This document shows positions 19,028-29,108 of a stretch of DNA of 64,000 bases, in pieces (the first letter of the stretch is position 1; each line of letters starts with the position of its first letter). The notes under the pieces were generated by a model. That model was not told the origin of the DNA. It saw only the letters and a list, made by a program, of their open reading frames with translations, and did no database searches. Position numbers and translations under genes: made by a program. The stretch is from Alkalispirochaeta sp. (GTDB lineage: Bacteria; Spirochaetota; Spirochaetia; DSM-27196; Alkalispirochaetaceae), in NCBI GenBank assembly GCA_965601925.1, contig OZ271854.1, positions 3,712,001-3,776,000 of the forward strand. The letters run 5' to 3'.

Positions 19028-19801
19028 ATGGATCGGCAGCTTAGACGAAACGTAGTATTGATTCTGACAGTGTTTTTAGCGCTCTCCTCATGCGTGTCCG
19101 TTGATACCGGCCGTCAGCAGCGTTTACGGTCGATCACAATCACGTTTGAGAACGGTGACGTTAGCGTACGTGAGTTCCATTATACGAACGGCCGATTGCA
19201 CAAGATACAGTGGGACCAGGATATGTCTGGATATCCGTTGAGTAGTGATCTCATTACGGTCGGCTACGACCAACAAGGGCGTGTGTCAGTCTGGGATTAC
19301 TCCGGCCTCATCTCCGACCCGGAGACATCGGAGCCCGTTCAGTCTGGGTATGTACTGGAGTACGACCGAGATGGAGACGATATCGCCATCACTATAACCA
19401 GCAACTCGGGAAGAGAAACTCTATCGAGCCCACGATCGAGTCGTTTTATCTTTATTCTGTATGAAAGGCCGTTTCCGGATGGAATCATGGTGCCCGCGGC
19501 GATTGAAAACAGGACAGCCCTGACAGAGCAGGGAATCTTTGACGACGACGGGCGTGTCATCGTTTATGAACATCGGCCGTTTGGAATCGCTCTTGCGGAG
19601 CCAACCGCGACTTCTGGCTCTGGAGTCATTGAGATTGAAAACGCAGACGGAGATCCCGTGGGTTCCCTGAGTTGGTACTTGCGGGGTCGTCGAACAAACG
19701 TCGAGGTGGCCGATCTATCCGGGCGCGTACTGTACACAGTGGTGCTCACTTACGAACGAGGGGCCACGAATCTCGCGTACACCTTCGGGTCAGTTGAATA
19801 G
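19028..19801 (+). CDS. Lipoprotein (prophage moron)
   Basis: RR-hydrophobic-LSS|C lipobox; GGAGA RBS. Confidence 0.7.
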   Translation: MDRQLRRNVVLILTVFLALSSCVSVDTGRQQRLRSITITFENGDVSVREFHYTNGRLHKIQWDQDMSGYPLSSDLITVGYDQQGRVSVWDYSGLISDPETSEPVQSGYVLEYDRDGDDIAITITSNSGRETLSSPRSSRFIFILYERPFPDGIMVPAAIENRTALTEQGIFDDDGRVIVYEHRPFGIALAEPTATSGSGVIEIENADGDPVGSLSWYLRGRRTNVEVADLSGRVLYTVVLTYERGATNLAYTFGSVE

Positions 19802-19816
19802 AGTTCGTAGTCATGA

Positions 19817-20134
19817 CTAACGACGTTGGTTCTGAGCTGCGCCTTCTCGCCACACCTGCGAACGCTCCTCGGGATCCCAATAATGCCCGGGCATATGATA
19901 TCTATGCAGCACCGCTGCGGCTCGAGCGGCGTCGGTGATCAATTCCCATCGATGGTCCAACGTTCCGGATCGGGACATAGTGAGTGGTGACTCCAACGGC
20001 TTCCCGCGCCACTCCCTACGTGTGAACGATACGGTGATAGGGCACGCATGCGGTATGCGTTCGTCGCCTCTGGTCTCTTCAAATGTCCAGCCTCGCGACT
20101 CCATGATCCTGATAACTTCTTTAGATGATGTCAT
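19817..20134 (-). CDS. Hypothetical protein with HicA-like N-terminus
   Basis: SSKEVIRIMESRGW.....RG resembles the HicA start but lacks the GSH His. Confidence 0.4.
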   Translation of the reverse strand: MTSSKEVIRIMESRGWTFEETRGDERIPHACPITVSFTRREWRGKPLESPLTMSRSGTLDHRWELITDAARAAAVLHRYHMPGHYWDPEERSQVWREGAAQNQRR

Positions 20135-20664
20135 ACACTATAACTTATCATATGTATAGTAAAATCCATGACGCTCTGTCCAGGGATTCAGTACGACTCG
20201 TACCAAACATAGCCCAGCAGTATGGCGCGCTATCGGAATTGATGCCCTAAAATGTCAAATAAGCAGTAATAGAACGGGCAATCGTCGCGGAAAGTCGGGA
20301 ATGTGGTTCCCCTTGCCGCTATCGGGTGATAGGCTGGGTTAGCAAGGGCGGATCGGGCTGTGAATCCGCGGGGCGAAAATGGTACCGACGGTACCAAAAT
20401 TACCCCGAGCAATGACCGCGTCAGGCGATTTACTACCCCAAAATGTCAAATAAGCGTTTATAACACGGCGAAATATCGCTATCTCGGTACATTTTGTTTC
20501 CGACAGGTGGCTTTGTAAAGTTTATTCCTTTTGTCTGATGCCCCAAATCAGCAACACTATCCAGCTTCCGCTACCGAGTGTCGGCGATCGGTCCCGGTGC
20601 GGGATTATTTTCGTGCGATCTACTGTGGCGTTGTACCACATGTAGCGGAGATCGGAGGTGGTGC

Positions 20665-21183
20665 ATGGAACACGTGATGCGAGAAGCGAGCATTCGAGAT
20701 CTCGATACCGTCGTTGACCTGGGGAGAACGACATACTACGAGACGTTTGGTGATCTTGCCCCGCCTGAGATCATGACCCAGTACTTGGATGCTGCATTTG
20801 ATCCGAAAAAGATCAGGAGAGAGATGCTCTGTAAGCAGTCGCAGTTTTGGATATTGGAACTCGAGGAACAGTGTGCCGGCTACCTGAAACTTAACTGGGA
20901 CGGCGCACAAACGGATCTTCGGGAGTCGGACGGTCTCGAAATCGAACGGATCTATCTGCTTCGAGCGTTTCAGGGAATGGGTTTTGGTCGAATCTTGTTT
21001 GAAAGGGCAAGGGATGTCGCCTATGAGTTGGGAAAGCGATATTTATGGCTCGGAGTGTGGCGTAAAAATTGGAATGCGCTTCGCTTTTACGAGTCGCTCG
21101 GTTTCGTCACCATCGGGACGCACGAGTTCCATATGGGAGATGAACACCAGACCGACTACTTGATGAAAAAAGAACTGGCATAG
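20665..21183 (+). CDS. GNAT N-acetyltransferase (PaiA-like)
   Basis: EIERIY, QGMGFG, WLGVW..N..A..FY; GGAGG RBS. Confidence 0.9.
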   Translation: MEHVMREASIRDLDTVVDLGRTTYYETFGDLAPPEIMTQYLDAAFDPKKIRREMLCKQSQFWILELEEQCAGYLKLNWDGAQTDLRESDGLEIERIYLLRAFQGMGFGRILFERARDVAYELGKRYLWLGVWRKNWNALRFYESLGFVTIGTHEFHMGDEHQTDYLMKKELA

Positions 21184-21405
21184 GTGATGAACCTACGGCG
21201 TCGGATAGTCTCTCCGCCGCGTACCGGCGGTGCGGCGCCCGCGACGTGCCGCACACCCGGAAAGCGCTCCAAGACGGTTGGGAATAGAATCGGCTCGGAG
21301 CGTGACCGTCGGAACTCGAGGGCCTGATTCCTTCGCACTTTCCAAACTTTTCAGTAGAACAAGTATTCTTAGCGTTGTTTACGGGAAAACCGGTGAGGGG
21401 AATAT

Positions 21406-21414
21406 GTTATCTGC
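21406..21414 (+). other. Cassette 5' core site GTTATCTGC (attI-like or secondary site)
   Basis: Exact reverse complement of GCAGATAAC (22239-22247), which opens attC1. Confidence 0.7.
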
Positions 21415-21482
21415 CATCAAGCTTTTTTCGAGAAGAAAAGGGGCTTTGTTTGTAAGGGAACAGTCAGAGTATACTTGGAACC

Positions 21483-21779
21483 ATGAATATCGCCGGATTA
21501 TCTCCCGAAATCGAAAAGGATCTGGATATCGCAATCGACTATCTCAAGTCTGTCGGTTGCACCGAGATATTTATATTTGGATCCGTGGCAACGGGAGAAG
21601 CAACAAGCGAATCAGACCTGGATATCGCCGTCCGAGGAATCAAGCCGGCGGAATTCTTTTTCGTATATGGTGAATTACTTACACGACTCACGCGATCGGC
21701 TGACCTTATTGATCTCAATATCCAGAAGAAATTCGGACAACAATTGATGGATAGCGCAAGCCTCAAACGCGTTGCATGA
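21483..21779 (+). CDS. Minimal nucleotidyltransferase (MNT) antitoxin
   Basis: FGS-X10-DLD motif; 98 aa. Confidence 0.9.
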   Translation: MNIAGLSPEIEKDLDIAIDYLKSVGCTEIFIFGSVATGEATSESDLDIAVRGIKPAEFFFVYGELLTRLTRSADLIDLNIQKKFGQQLMDSASLKRVA

Positions 21780-22236
21780 CATGGATTATCGTACGTCCGT
21801 TCTTCATGAAATTGAGAACATCGAAACAGAATTGGATTTCATCAACACGTTACTGAAAAAGCGGCAGGCGATAGAACTCGATGACATCGAAATCCGGGCC
21901 GCGGCACTCTCTCTTTCAACTATCTACAACGGAATCGAAAAGGTTCTTCTCCACATTCTTCGGGAACGTGATAACGAAAAAATCGAAGGATCGAATTGGC
22001 ATGCTGCGTTGTTAGAGCGGTCCAATCGAGCACGCCTCATCTCGGAAGAAACAAGAGATGAACTCAAAGGATTTATGGCCTTTCGTCACTTCGTGCGACA
22101 CGCCTATAGCTTTGAGATTGACGCGACTGCGATTCACAAAATCATTGAGCAATGTCCAGCGCTTGTTATGCGACTCAAACGAGAAATAGTGAACGCCATC
22201 GAAGAAAGAGAACCGGAACCCAACGGCGAAGGTTGA
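21772..22236 (+). CDS. HEPN (HepT-like) RNase toxin
   Basis: R-X4-H motif RHFVRH followed by AY; WH..LL; overlaps MNT. Confidence 0.88.
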   Translation: MHDMDYRTSVLHEIENIETELDFINTLLKKRQAIELDDIEIRAAALSLSTIYNGIEKVLLHILRERDNEKIEGSNWHAALLERSNRARLISEETRDELKGFMAFRHFVRHAYSFEIDATAIHKIIEQCPALVMRLKREIVNAIEEREPEPNGEG

Positions 22237-22240
22237 CAGC

Positions 22241-22361
22241 AGATAACATAACGCTGGACCAGTCAAGCTGCTTTGTCACGGCTTTTGCGTGCGCAAAACC
22301 CGCGCCAATCCCTCCGCCTGCGGCTCCGGGCCGCATCTTGCAGGTCAGCTCGGTGTTATGC
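22241..22361 (+). repeat. Integron attC site 1
   Basis: R'' AGATAAC, 5 nt, L'' GCTGGACC ... L' GGTCAGC, 5 nt, R' GTTATGC; one extrahelical G; near copy at 26604-26718. Confidence 0.85.
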
Positions 22362-22499
22362 GGCCATTCACATAATAGAAGCAAAAGATCGATAGATAAA
22401 TGAAATCAGCACTTTTTTGGGCATTTTTAAGCTACAATAGTTTCTGAAGGTCAAAACAAGAAATGGTCACCTCACTAGTAAGCATAGGGGACTAATAAA

Positions 22500-24893
22500 A
22501 TGATAACAAAAATAAAATCAATCGATAGAATGGCTGTGTTCCATAGATTTGTTTGGGATTCTTCAGTAAAAGCCCGTAATGGTAAGACTGTTCAATTTAA
22601 GAAGGTCAACATTTTGTATGGTCGCAACTATTCAGGAAAAACCACTTTGTCTAGGCTTGTGCGAGCATTTGAAACGGGATATATCTCGGAGAAATTCGAA
22701 TCTCCAAAATTCGATATTGAACTTTCAGACGGCTCAGTTGTAACCGAAACCAACTTGTCCTCTCATTCCCTCTGTGTCCGAGTCTTCAACGATGATTTTG
22801 TACGCGAACATCTACGATTTATTTTTAATCCAAGTGAAGATATTGAGTCGTTCGCTATTTTAGGTAGAGATAACAATGAAATAGAGAAAGAAATTGAACA
22901 ACTAATTAGTAAGTTGGGCTCTCGAGAAGAAGGGTTAGAAACCGGCTTATACAAGCGGCTAAAAGATTCGGAGGAGGAACTGAATTCTGAAAAGAATCGA
23001 TATACAGATATCCAAAATGCTTTGGAATCGAAAGTCAAAAACAAAGCCTTAGATAGAAACGCTGGGATAAAGTACAAGTCGGAAAGGTTTGGAGATCAAA
23101 ACTACACGTCAAGAAAGTTATTCATTGAATTGGAAGTTGTAGCTGAAGATAGTTACTCCGTGCCATCTATAGAGGAGCTCACTCAAACAGAAAGGGTTTT
23201 GTCGGAGACAACTAAAGAAAAGTTAGCCTCGTTTTCGTTTCCCACAATAAACTTCAAAAAAATTAGCGAATCGGCACGAGAACTTGTTGAGCGAAAAATA
23301 ACAGAATCGGAACGGATAGAAGAACTAATCCGAGAAGCTGTTTTAAACCGTTGGGTCAATGCGGGAAGAGCTCTTCACAAAGACAAGAGAGACAAATGTG
23401 CATTCTGCGGAAATCCAATAACAGCCGATAGATGGTCAAAGTTAGAGAAGCATTTTGACAAAGAGTCGGAAGAGCTAAAAGATGAAATTGAAGATCTGCT
23501 TATTCGTATAGACGAAGAAAAACAGTCAATCGCAACGGGTTTGTCTCTTGAAATCTCTGACTTTTATTCCGCTTTTCATCATCGGCTAAACACACTTAGC
23601 ACTCAATATGAGGAAGCTTGTGGAAAGTACATAGAAAACTTGGCAGGAATTGCAAGTCAGTTAAAGCAACGACTGGATCAAATCCTGAGTCCAGTTGTTT
23701 TCGAAGTGTATAACGATACATCGCATGAAATAGAAGTCGTATTCAACGAGCTGATCAGCATACGTGAGGAATCAAACGATTACTCTACGCAGTTGTCAAC
23801 CAAACAAGCAAACGCACAAGAAAAGCTACGCCTAAAAGAAGTTTTCGATTTTGGAGTAACGATTGGTTATTCGAGCGAGAAGGCAGGACTCGAGCAGATA
23901 AAGACATTGATATCTCAGAAAGAGCAAAAAAGAAATGAAGTAGCACTTGAAATACATGACTTGGAAATACAACTGGAAGACGCAAGTAGCCGCCTAAACG
24001 ATGAAGAAGAAGGTGCCAGAAAGGTCAACGAGTATCTGAACGATTACTTTGGACATCAATTCCTTTCATTGAAAGCCGTTGAAACACCCATATCTGAAGA
24101 GGGAGATATAAAAGCGATACGATTCGAAATAATGCGTGATGGTTCCAAAGCACATCACCTCAGTGAAGGTGAGTGTAGTTTGATCTCATTCTGTTACTTT
24201 GTGGCTAAGCTGGAAGACACAAAAACAAGAGGTCAGAAACCGATTATCTGGATTGACGATCCGATTTCTAGCTTGGACAACAACCACATATTCTTCTTAT
24301 TCAGCATTATCAAATCGAAAATTGTTGATACTAATTCGTTTGAGCAACTCTTTATTTCTACTCATAGTCTCGAGTTCTTGAAGTATCTAAAACGTTTGGG
24401 CGGAGGGACGGTTTCGTTAACTAATAAATTCAAATCATTCGAGAGATCATACTTCTTAATCGAACGTCAAGATCGAAGTACCAGCTTGCAGGTGATGCCG
24501 AAATATCTCAAGGAATATGTCACTGAGTTCAACTACTTATTCAAACAAATATACGATTGCGCGACAATTTCTCAAATTACGGACAAGAACTATATCACTT
24601 TCTATAATTTTGGAAATAACGCACGAAAGTTCTTGGAAATCTACTTGTATTACCGATATCCGGATGCAACGACTGAATCTCAGAAGCTCGAAAGGTTCTT
24701 CGAAGATAAACCGGTACCAGCAATCCTCACCGAAAGAATGAACAACGAATACTCTCACCTCGCCGCAAGTTTCGAGAGAGGCGCGACCCCGGTCGAAGCG
24801 CCAGAGATGCAATCCGCAGCGAGAATGATCATTGAGACAGTTAAATCTAACGACAAAGATCAGTACGATGCTTTGTTGAACAGCTTGGCGTGA
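22500..24893 (+). CDS. RloC-like AAA family (Rad50/SMC-like ATPase with HEPN-like C-terminus) defence protein
   Basis: GRNYSGKT, coiled coil with CAFC zinc hook, LSEGE, IWIDDP, STH, RMNNEYSH; AT-rich. Confidence 0.8.
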   Translation: MITKIKSIDRMAVFHRFVWDSSVKARNGKTVQFKKVNILYGRNYSGKTTLSRLVRAFETGYISEKFESPKFDIELSDGSVVTETNLSSHSLCVRVFNDDFVREHLRFIFNPSEDIESFAILGRDNNEIEKEIEQLISKLGSREEGLETGLYKRLKDSEEELNSEKNRYTDIQNALESKVKNKALDRNAGIKYKSERFGDQNYTSRKLFIELEVVAEDSYSVPSIEELTQTERVLSETTKEKLASFSFPTINFKKISESARELVERKITESERIEELIREAVLNRWVNAGRALHKDKRDKCAFCGNPITADRWSKLEKHFDKESEELKDEIEDLLIRIDEEKQSIATGLSLEISDFYSAFHHRLNTLSTQYEEACGKYIENLAGIASQLKQRLDQILSPVVFEVYNDTSHEIEVVFNELISIREESNDYSTQLSTKQANAQEKLRLKEVFDFGVTIGYSSEKAGLEQIKTLISQKEQKRNEVALEIHDLEIQLEDASSRLNDEEEGARKVNEYLNDYFGHQFLSLKAVETPISEEGDIKAIRFEIMRDGSKAHHLSEGECSLISFCYFVAKLEDTKTRGQKPIIWIDDPISSLDNNHIFFLFSIIKSKIVDTNSFEQLFISTHSLEFLKYLKRLGGGTVSLTNKFKSFERSYFLIERQDRSTSLQVMPKYLKEYVTEFNYLFKQIYDCATISQITDKNYITFYNFGNNARKFLEIYLYYRYPDATTESQKLERFFEDKPVPAILTERMNNEYSHLAASFERGATPVEAPEMQSAARMIIETVKSNDKDQYDALLNSLA

Positions 24894-24941
24894 AAACCGG
24901 GATAGAAGAAGTTCATCCTCGAACACGCGGGGACGCATAAC

Positions 24942-26603
24942 GAGGCTGTCGCACAACGCGTGGGAACCCACGCGGAGCGAGTAGTTCACGGCCAGTGATC
25001 GTGGCCAGGCATTCTTCAACCCGCCACCCACCCGGATCAAACTCCGACTAACCGATGAATCAGCCCGGTGGTGGCGATCTTTTCGATGTTGTGCACCAGC
25101 GTGTACAGGAGCCATTGAATGCGGACCTTCGCCCGGCCTCGGAGCGTGAATCGTCGCATGCCCTTGGTGGCGGTGATGTTCGCAAAGACCGGCTCCACGA
25201 TACCCATGCGTCTGGCGTACATCCGTCGACCCCGTTCGGTGTCGATCCGATCACGCATCTGTTGGGCATAGGTCCCGGCTGGACCGTCACCGCGGAAGAG
25301 TCTACGCCGGGTTGCAGTACGGATCAGACAGCGGGAGGTGAGATCGCATGCACTGCAGTCTGATTGCTTCGCTTCATAGCGCGTACCACGACGCCCGGCA
25401 ACCACCTCCCGGGTGCGCCGTCGCAACGTCTTGCCGGCCGGACAACGATAGCTGTCGGTGTCGCTCTGGTAGAGGAAATCGGCTTGGGTGAAGCGCCGGT
25501 GTGCCGCCCGGCGCGATCGACTCCGATCCGCGAATCGCATGTCCCGATTCCGGAACTGATGGTCGGGGATATAGCCGTCGAGATCAGAGTCGATCAGGAA
25601 CCGGGCGTTGGATTCGGTGAAATAGTTGGTATCAGCGAGGATGGTCGGTGTGCAGGCCTGGGGATGTGCGAACCTGCGCAGTGTATGCAGTGACCGGCGC
25701 ACCATCCGTGGCAGCAGCGGTGCCTCATGGATCTGACCGACCGGTTCAGCGTGTAGCACGATCTGGTGCTTCGCATCCACCATCGCCAGCGCGTTATAGC
25801 CCTGGATGTAGCCACTCCCGGTTTTCAGTGTGGCACTCTGATTGTCGGTGATGTTGGATTTCACCTCGCGTCCGCTGGTGCCGGTGCGGGGTGGATGGGC
25901 GTCGAGGAATCCTTTGATGCGGTCGATCTGCGCCCGGTAGCGATCAGCTGTCCCTGAACCGGGTCTGCCCTGTTGATCGTCGTTATCGGAGGTGCATGCC
26001 TCATCTGCGCCGCGATGAGTGAGCAGTATCGCCTCAAGACGTGCTTCAAGCTTCGCTCTCTTCTTCTCCAGTTCCCGTCGCGTCCCCGCGTGCTCTCGGG
26101 CGGCGTTCGAGCTGATCTTGCAGCCGTCCAGTGCAAACACGTCCCCACCGATCAGATCGCCCTGTGCCGCAATCATCAGCACATCCCGGAACACACGACG
26201 AACCGCCGCGGGATGGCCGGTAACGAACCGGGCGATCGTGGCGTGGTCGGGCCGGATATCACCACTGAGGGCCATGAACACGATGTTGGTCCGGCAGGCT
26301 TCCTCGATCTTCCGTGAGGAGAGGATGCCCCGGGAGTAGGCGAACAAGATGATCTTCACCAGCGCGGCCGGATCACAGGCCGGGCGACCGCCGTGGTCGT
26401 TGTGATAGGCTGCATCGAACACCGACGTATCGATCTCGTGGTCGACGATCCAGGTGATGGCGTGTTCGATGGTACCCGGCACCAGCTGATCATCCAGGCA
26501 CACCGGAATCATGAGATCCTGCCCCTCGTTTCCTCGGTAGTTCGGCATTGGCTCCTCCCAGGCACGATGCTAGCAGACCACGACTGCGTTGTGCGACAGT
26601 CTC
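24942..26603 (-). mobile_element. IS1182-family element
   Basis: 18-bp TIRs gaggctgtcgcacaacgc / gcgttgtgcgacagtctc (1 mismatch); AAC on both flanks. Confidence 0.9.
25037..26548 (-). CDS. IS1182-family DDE transposase
   Basis: SSRKIE, PDHATIARF, ALDGCKI, R...VEPVF, F.LRG..KV. Confidence 0.93.
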   Translation of the reverse strand: MPNYRGNEGQDLMIPVCLDDQLVPGTIEHAITWIVDHEIDTSVFDAAYHNDHGGRPACDPAALVKIILFAYSRGILSSRKIEEACRTNIVFMALSGDIRPDHATIARFVTGHPAAVRRVFRDVLMIAAQGDLIGGDVFALDGCKISSNAAREHAGTRRELEKKRAKLEARLEAILLTHRGADEACTSDNDDQQGRPGSGTADRYRAQIDRIKGFLDAHPPRTGTSGREVKSNITDNQSATLKTGSGYIQGYNALAMVDAKHQIVLHAEPVGQIHEAPLLPRMVRRSLHTLRRFAHPQACTPTILADTNYFTESNARFLIDSDLDGYIPDHQFRNRDMRFADRSRSRRAAHRRFTQADFLYQSDTDSYRCPAGKTLRRRTREVVAGRRGTRYEAKQSDCSACDLTSRCLIRTATRRRLFRGDGPAGTYAQQMRDRIDTERGRRMYARRMGIVEPVFANITATKGMRRFTLRGRAKVRIQWLLYTLVHNIEKIATTGLIHRLVGV

Positions 26604-26718
26604 AACATAACGCTGGACCAGTCAATCTGCTTTGTCACGACTTCTGCGTACGCAAAAGTCGCGCCAATCCCTCCGCTGCGCTCCGGGCCGCATCTTGCAG
26701 GTCAGCTCGGTGTTAGAC
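26604..26718 (+). repeat. Integron attC site 2 (original R'' GCATAAC at 24935-24941 displaced by the IS)
   Basis: Near-identical to attC1; R' GTTAGAC at 26712. Confidence 0.85.
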
Positions 26719-26776
26719 ATACATACCCAAAGCTAAGGCCTCAACACGAGGCTATGATGAATGGATCGGAGTGTAA

Positions 26777-27390
26777 TCATCCCACCTTTAGAGCAGGCGA
26801 TTTCTTAGCCCTTTGCCTGAGGTGAGCTGCACGGTAGTCCAGCGGAGTTTGCCTACCGAGCGCTCGATGGGGACGCTCCCCATTGTACTGAGAGATCCAC
26901 CGCTGAGTCAGGGTTCGGACCTCATCCAACGTTGCAAACAGGTATGCATCGAGAACTTCCTCCCGATAGGTGCGGTTGAACCGCTCTACGCAGGAGTTCT
27001 GGGTAGGTTTACCGGGTTTGATGAACTCCAAACGGATGCGGTGATGTTCTGACCAGTCGGCCATTGCCACGCTGACAAACTCAGGTCCGTTGTCGACACG
27101 GATCTGCCGCGGACAACCGTGTCGTGCTACCAAGCGGTCGAGAACACGAACCACGCGCGGCGCCGGGAGACCGAAATCGACCGCGATGGCCAGCGCTTCC
27201 CGATTGAAGTCGTCGATTACATTCAGCGTTCGGAATCGCCTGCCGTCGGACAGCACATCGCTCATGAAGTCCATTGACCATGACCGATTCGGTGCTGCGG
27301 GAGCCGCCAGAGGCTGTGGATACCGAGACGGCAGTCGCTTCTTACCCTTGCGGCGCAGGTTGAGGTTCAACTGCGTATAGATGCGATGAA
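26777..27390 (-). pseudogene. IS3 orfB C-terminal part (rve/DDE)
   Basis: WSMDF, DNGPEF, PGKP.QN..VERFN. Confidence 0.9.
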
Positions 27391-28470
27391 GGTACATTCC
27401 AGGGACATCGTTTACAAAACTCTAAGGACATCCTTTACACTCGCACCGGCCTACAGTGGACTCCGGAGGAGTCTATGCCATGGAGGCAGATGTCAGTAAT
27501 GGAACAAAAAGAGGAGTTTATCCTGCTGTTCAAGAGCGGGAAGTACACGGTGAGTACCCTGGCACAGATGTTCGAAATCTCACGTCCCACCGCCTATAAG
27601 TACATCCATCGGTATCAGGATTTCGGCGTACCGGGGCTGCTGGAGTTGGGACGAGCACCCCACCGGGTGCCGAATAAAACGCCTGATCGGATCGAACAGG
27701 AGATCATTAGACTGAGAACCCGTCACCCCCGCTGGGGCGCACCGAAACTCCGGGTCCTCCTGGAAGACCGCTTCCCCGGTATCGCGCTCCCAGGTGTCTC
27801 GACCATTAGTGCCATTCTGAAACGGAACGGTATGGTCGCGGAACGGAAGCGGCGCAAGCGAGTAGAACCACGGTGTCCTATCTTCGATCCTCTGGTGCCG
27901 AATGAAGTATGGAGCGCCGATTTCAAGGGGAAGTTCAGGATGGGCAACAAGATATACTGCTATCCGTTGACCATCGCAGACTCCTGTAGTCGCTATGTCT
28001 TTGCTGCCAAAGGCATGCATGCAGCCACGACCAAGAACACCAAGAGTGTATTCATCGATGTGTTCAGGAAATACGGGGTACCGCTTCAGATTCATACCGA
28101 TAACGGCGCCCCGTTTGCCCATATGAATGCCCTCGGTCGCCTGTCTAAGCTTGCAACATGGTTCATGGAACTCGGTATCAAACCGGTCTACTCCGATCCC
28201 TCCCACCCCGAACAGAATGGCCGGCATGAACGGATGCACCGGGAGTTGAAGGCCGAAGCGACGAAACCACCGGGGTATTCGCTCCAGCCCCAGCAGTGCA
28301 AACTCAATCGCTTCGTGAAGGAATACAATGAACTCAGGCCCCATGCCGCGTTGGATATGAGAACACCGACATCGGTCCACCAACGATCAGATCGACCGTA
28401 TCCCGAGACGGCAGTCGCTTCTTACCCTTGCGGCGCAGGTTGAGGTTCAACTGCGTATAGATGCGATGAA
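27323..28470 (+). repeat. 68-bp exact direct repeat (27323-27390, 28403-28470) flanking the IS481 fragment
   Basis: ccgagacggcagtcgc...gatgcgatgaa occurs twice. Confidence 0.92.
27475..28443 (+). pseudogene. IS481-family transposase, 3'-truncated at ~28402
   Basis: MPW start, HPRWGAPKL, WSADFKG, DNGAPF, PEQNGRHER; last residues read IS3 sequence. Confidence 0.88.
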
Positions 28471-28727
28471 CCCGCTTGTGATTCCACCGGTAGCCATCTC
28501 GACGCAGCGAATCAAACATCAGGCGAAATCCCCAGCGAGGATGCTCTTCGGCCAGCCTCTGTAGCGCTTCGATTACCGGACGGTCCTTCTGAGTGTCCGG
28601 CTGGTAGGCATAGCTGGTACGACTCACATCGACGATACGACATCCTCGAAGGATGCTCGCTTGGCATTCGTCTCTGAGGTAGTCCACCAACGTGCGCTTC
28701 TCGGCCGGCCTTAGAGCTTTTTTTCAA
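28403..28727 (-). pseudogene. IS3 orfB N-terminal part
   Basis: HPRWGFR, NHKRVHRIY. Confidence 0.85.
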
Positions 28728-28977
28728 CGATGTCCTTCAACAGCTCGTAATCCAGACTCAGCTCGGCATACATGTGCTTCAGGCGACGATTCTCGTCTTC
28801 GAGTTCTTTCAGGCGCTTTACCTGGCTAACTTCCATCCCACCGTATTTCGATCGCCAATTGTAGAACGTGGCATCACTCATACCGTGTTCGCGACAAGCG
28901 TCTTTGACCGACTTCCCGGCTTCGACTTCCCTCAGAATCCTGATGATCTGCGTTTCGCTAAACCGCGATTTCCGCAT
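28711..28977 (-). CDS. IS3 orfA
   Basis: RFSETQII, CREHGMS.ATFYNW, RLKELE.EN.RLK. Confidence 0.93.
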   Translation of the reverse strand: MRKSRFSETQIIRILREVEAGKSVKDACREHGMSDATFYNWRSKYGGMEVSQVKRLKELEDENRRLKHMYAELSLDYELLKDIVEKKL

Positions 28978-29059
28978 GCTGCATACTCCTTGTCCGCCCG
29001 TATTGTATCGGCCTGGACTAAGTTATGCGCTGCACTGTTTACGGGGATGATTACAGTCC

Positions 29060-29108
29060 CTTCGTGCGAGAGGCATACAATCCGTATCGTCGGATAAGCT
29101 GAAGTCCC
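29060..29108 (-). mobile_element. Short IS91-transposase remnant
   Basis: ~50 bp closely matching 42219-42268 (RRYGLYASRT region). Confidence 0.7.

Larger units (their letters stand above)
26772..29055 (-). mobile_element. IS3-family element, interrupted
   Basis: TIRs tgtaatcatccc / gggatgattaca; orfA and orfB; A7G frameshift site at 28717-28724. Confidence 0.92.

Noticed and set aside
21156..21400. Integron integrase remnant
   Set aside because: No tyrosine-recombinase motifs recognisable in the short ORFs
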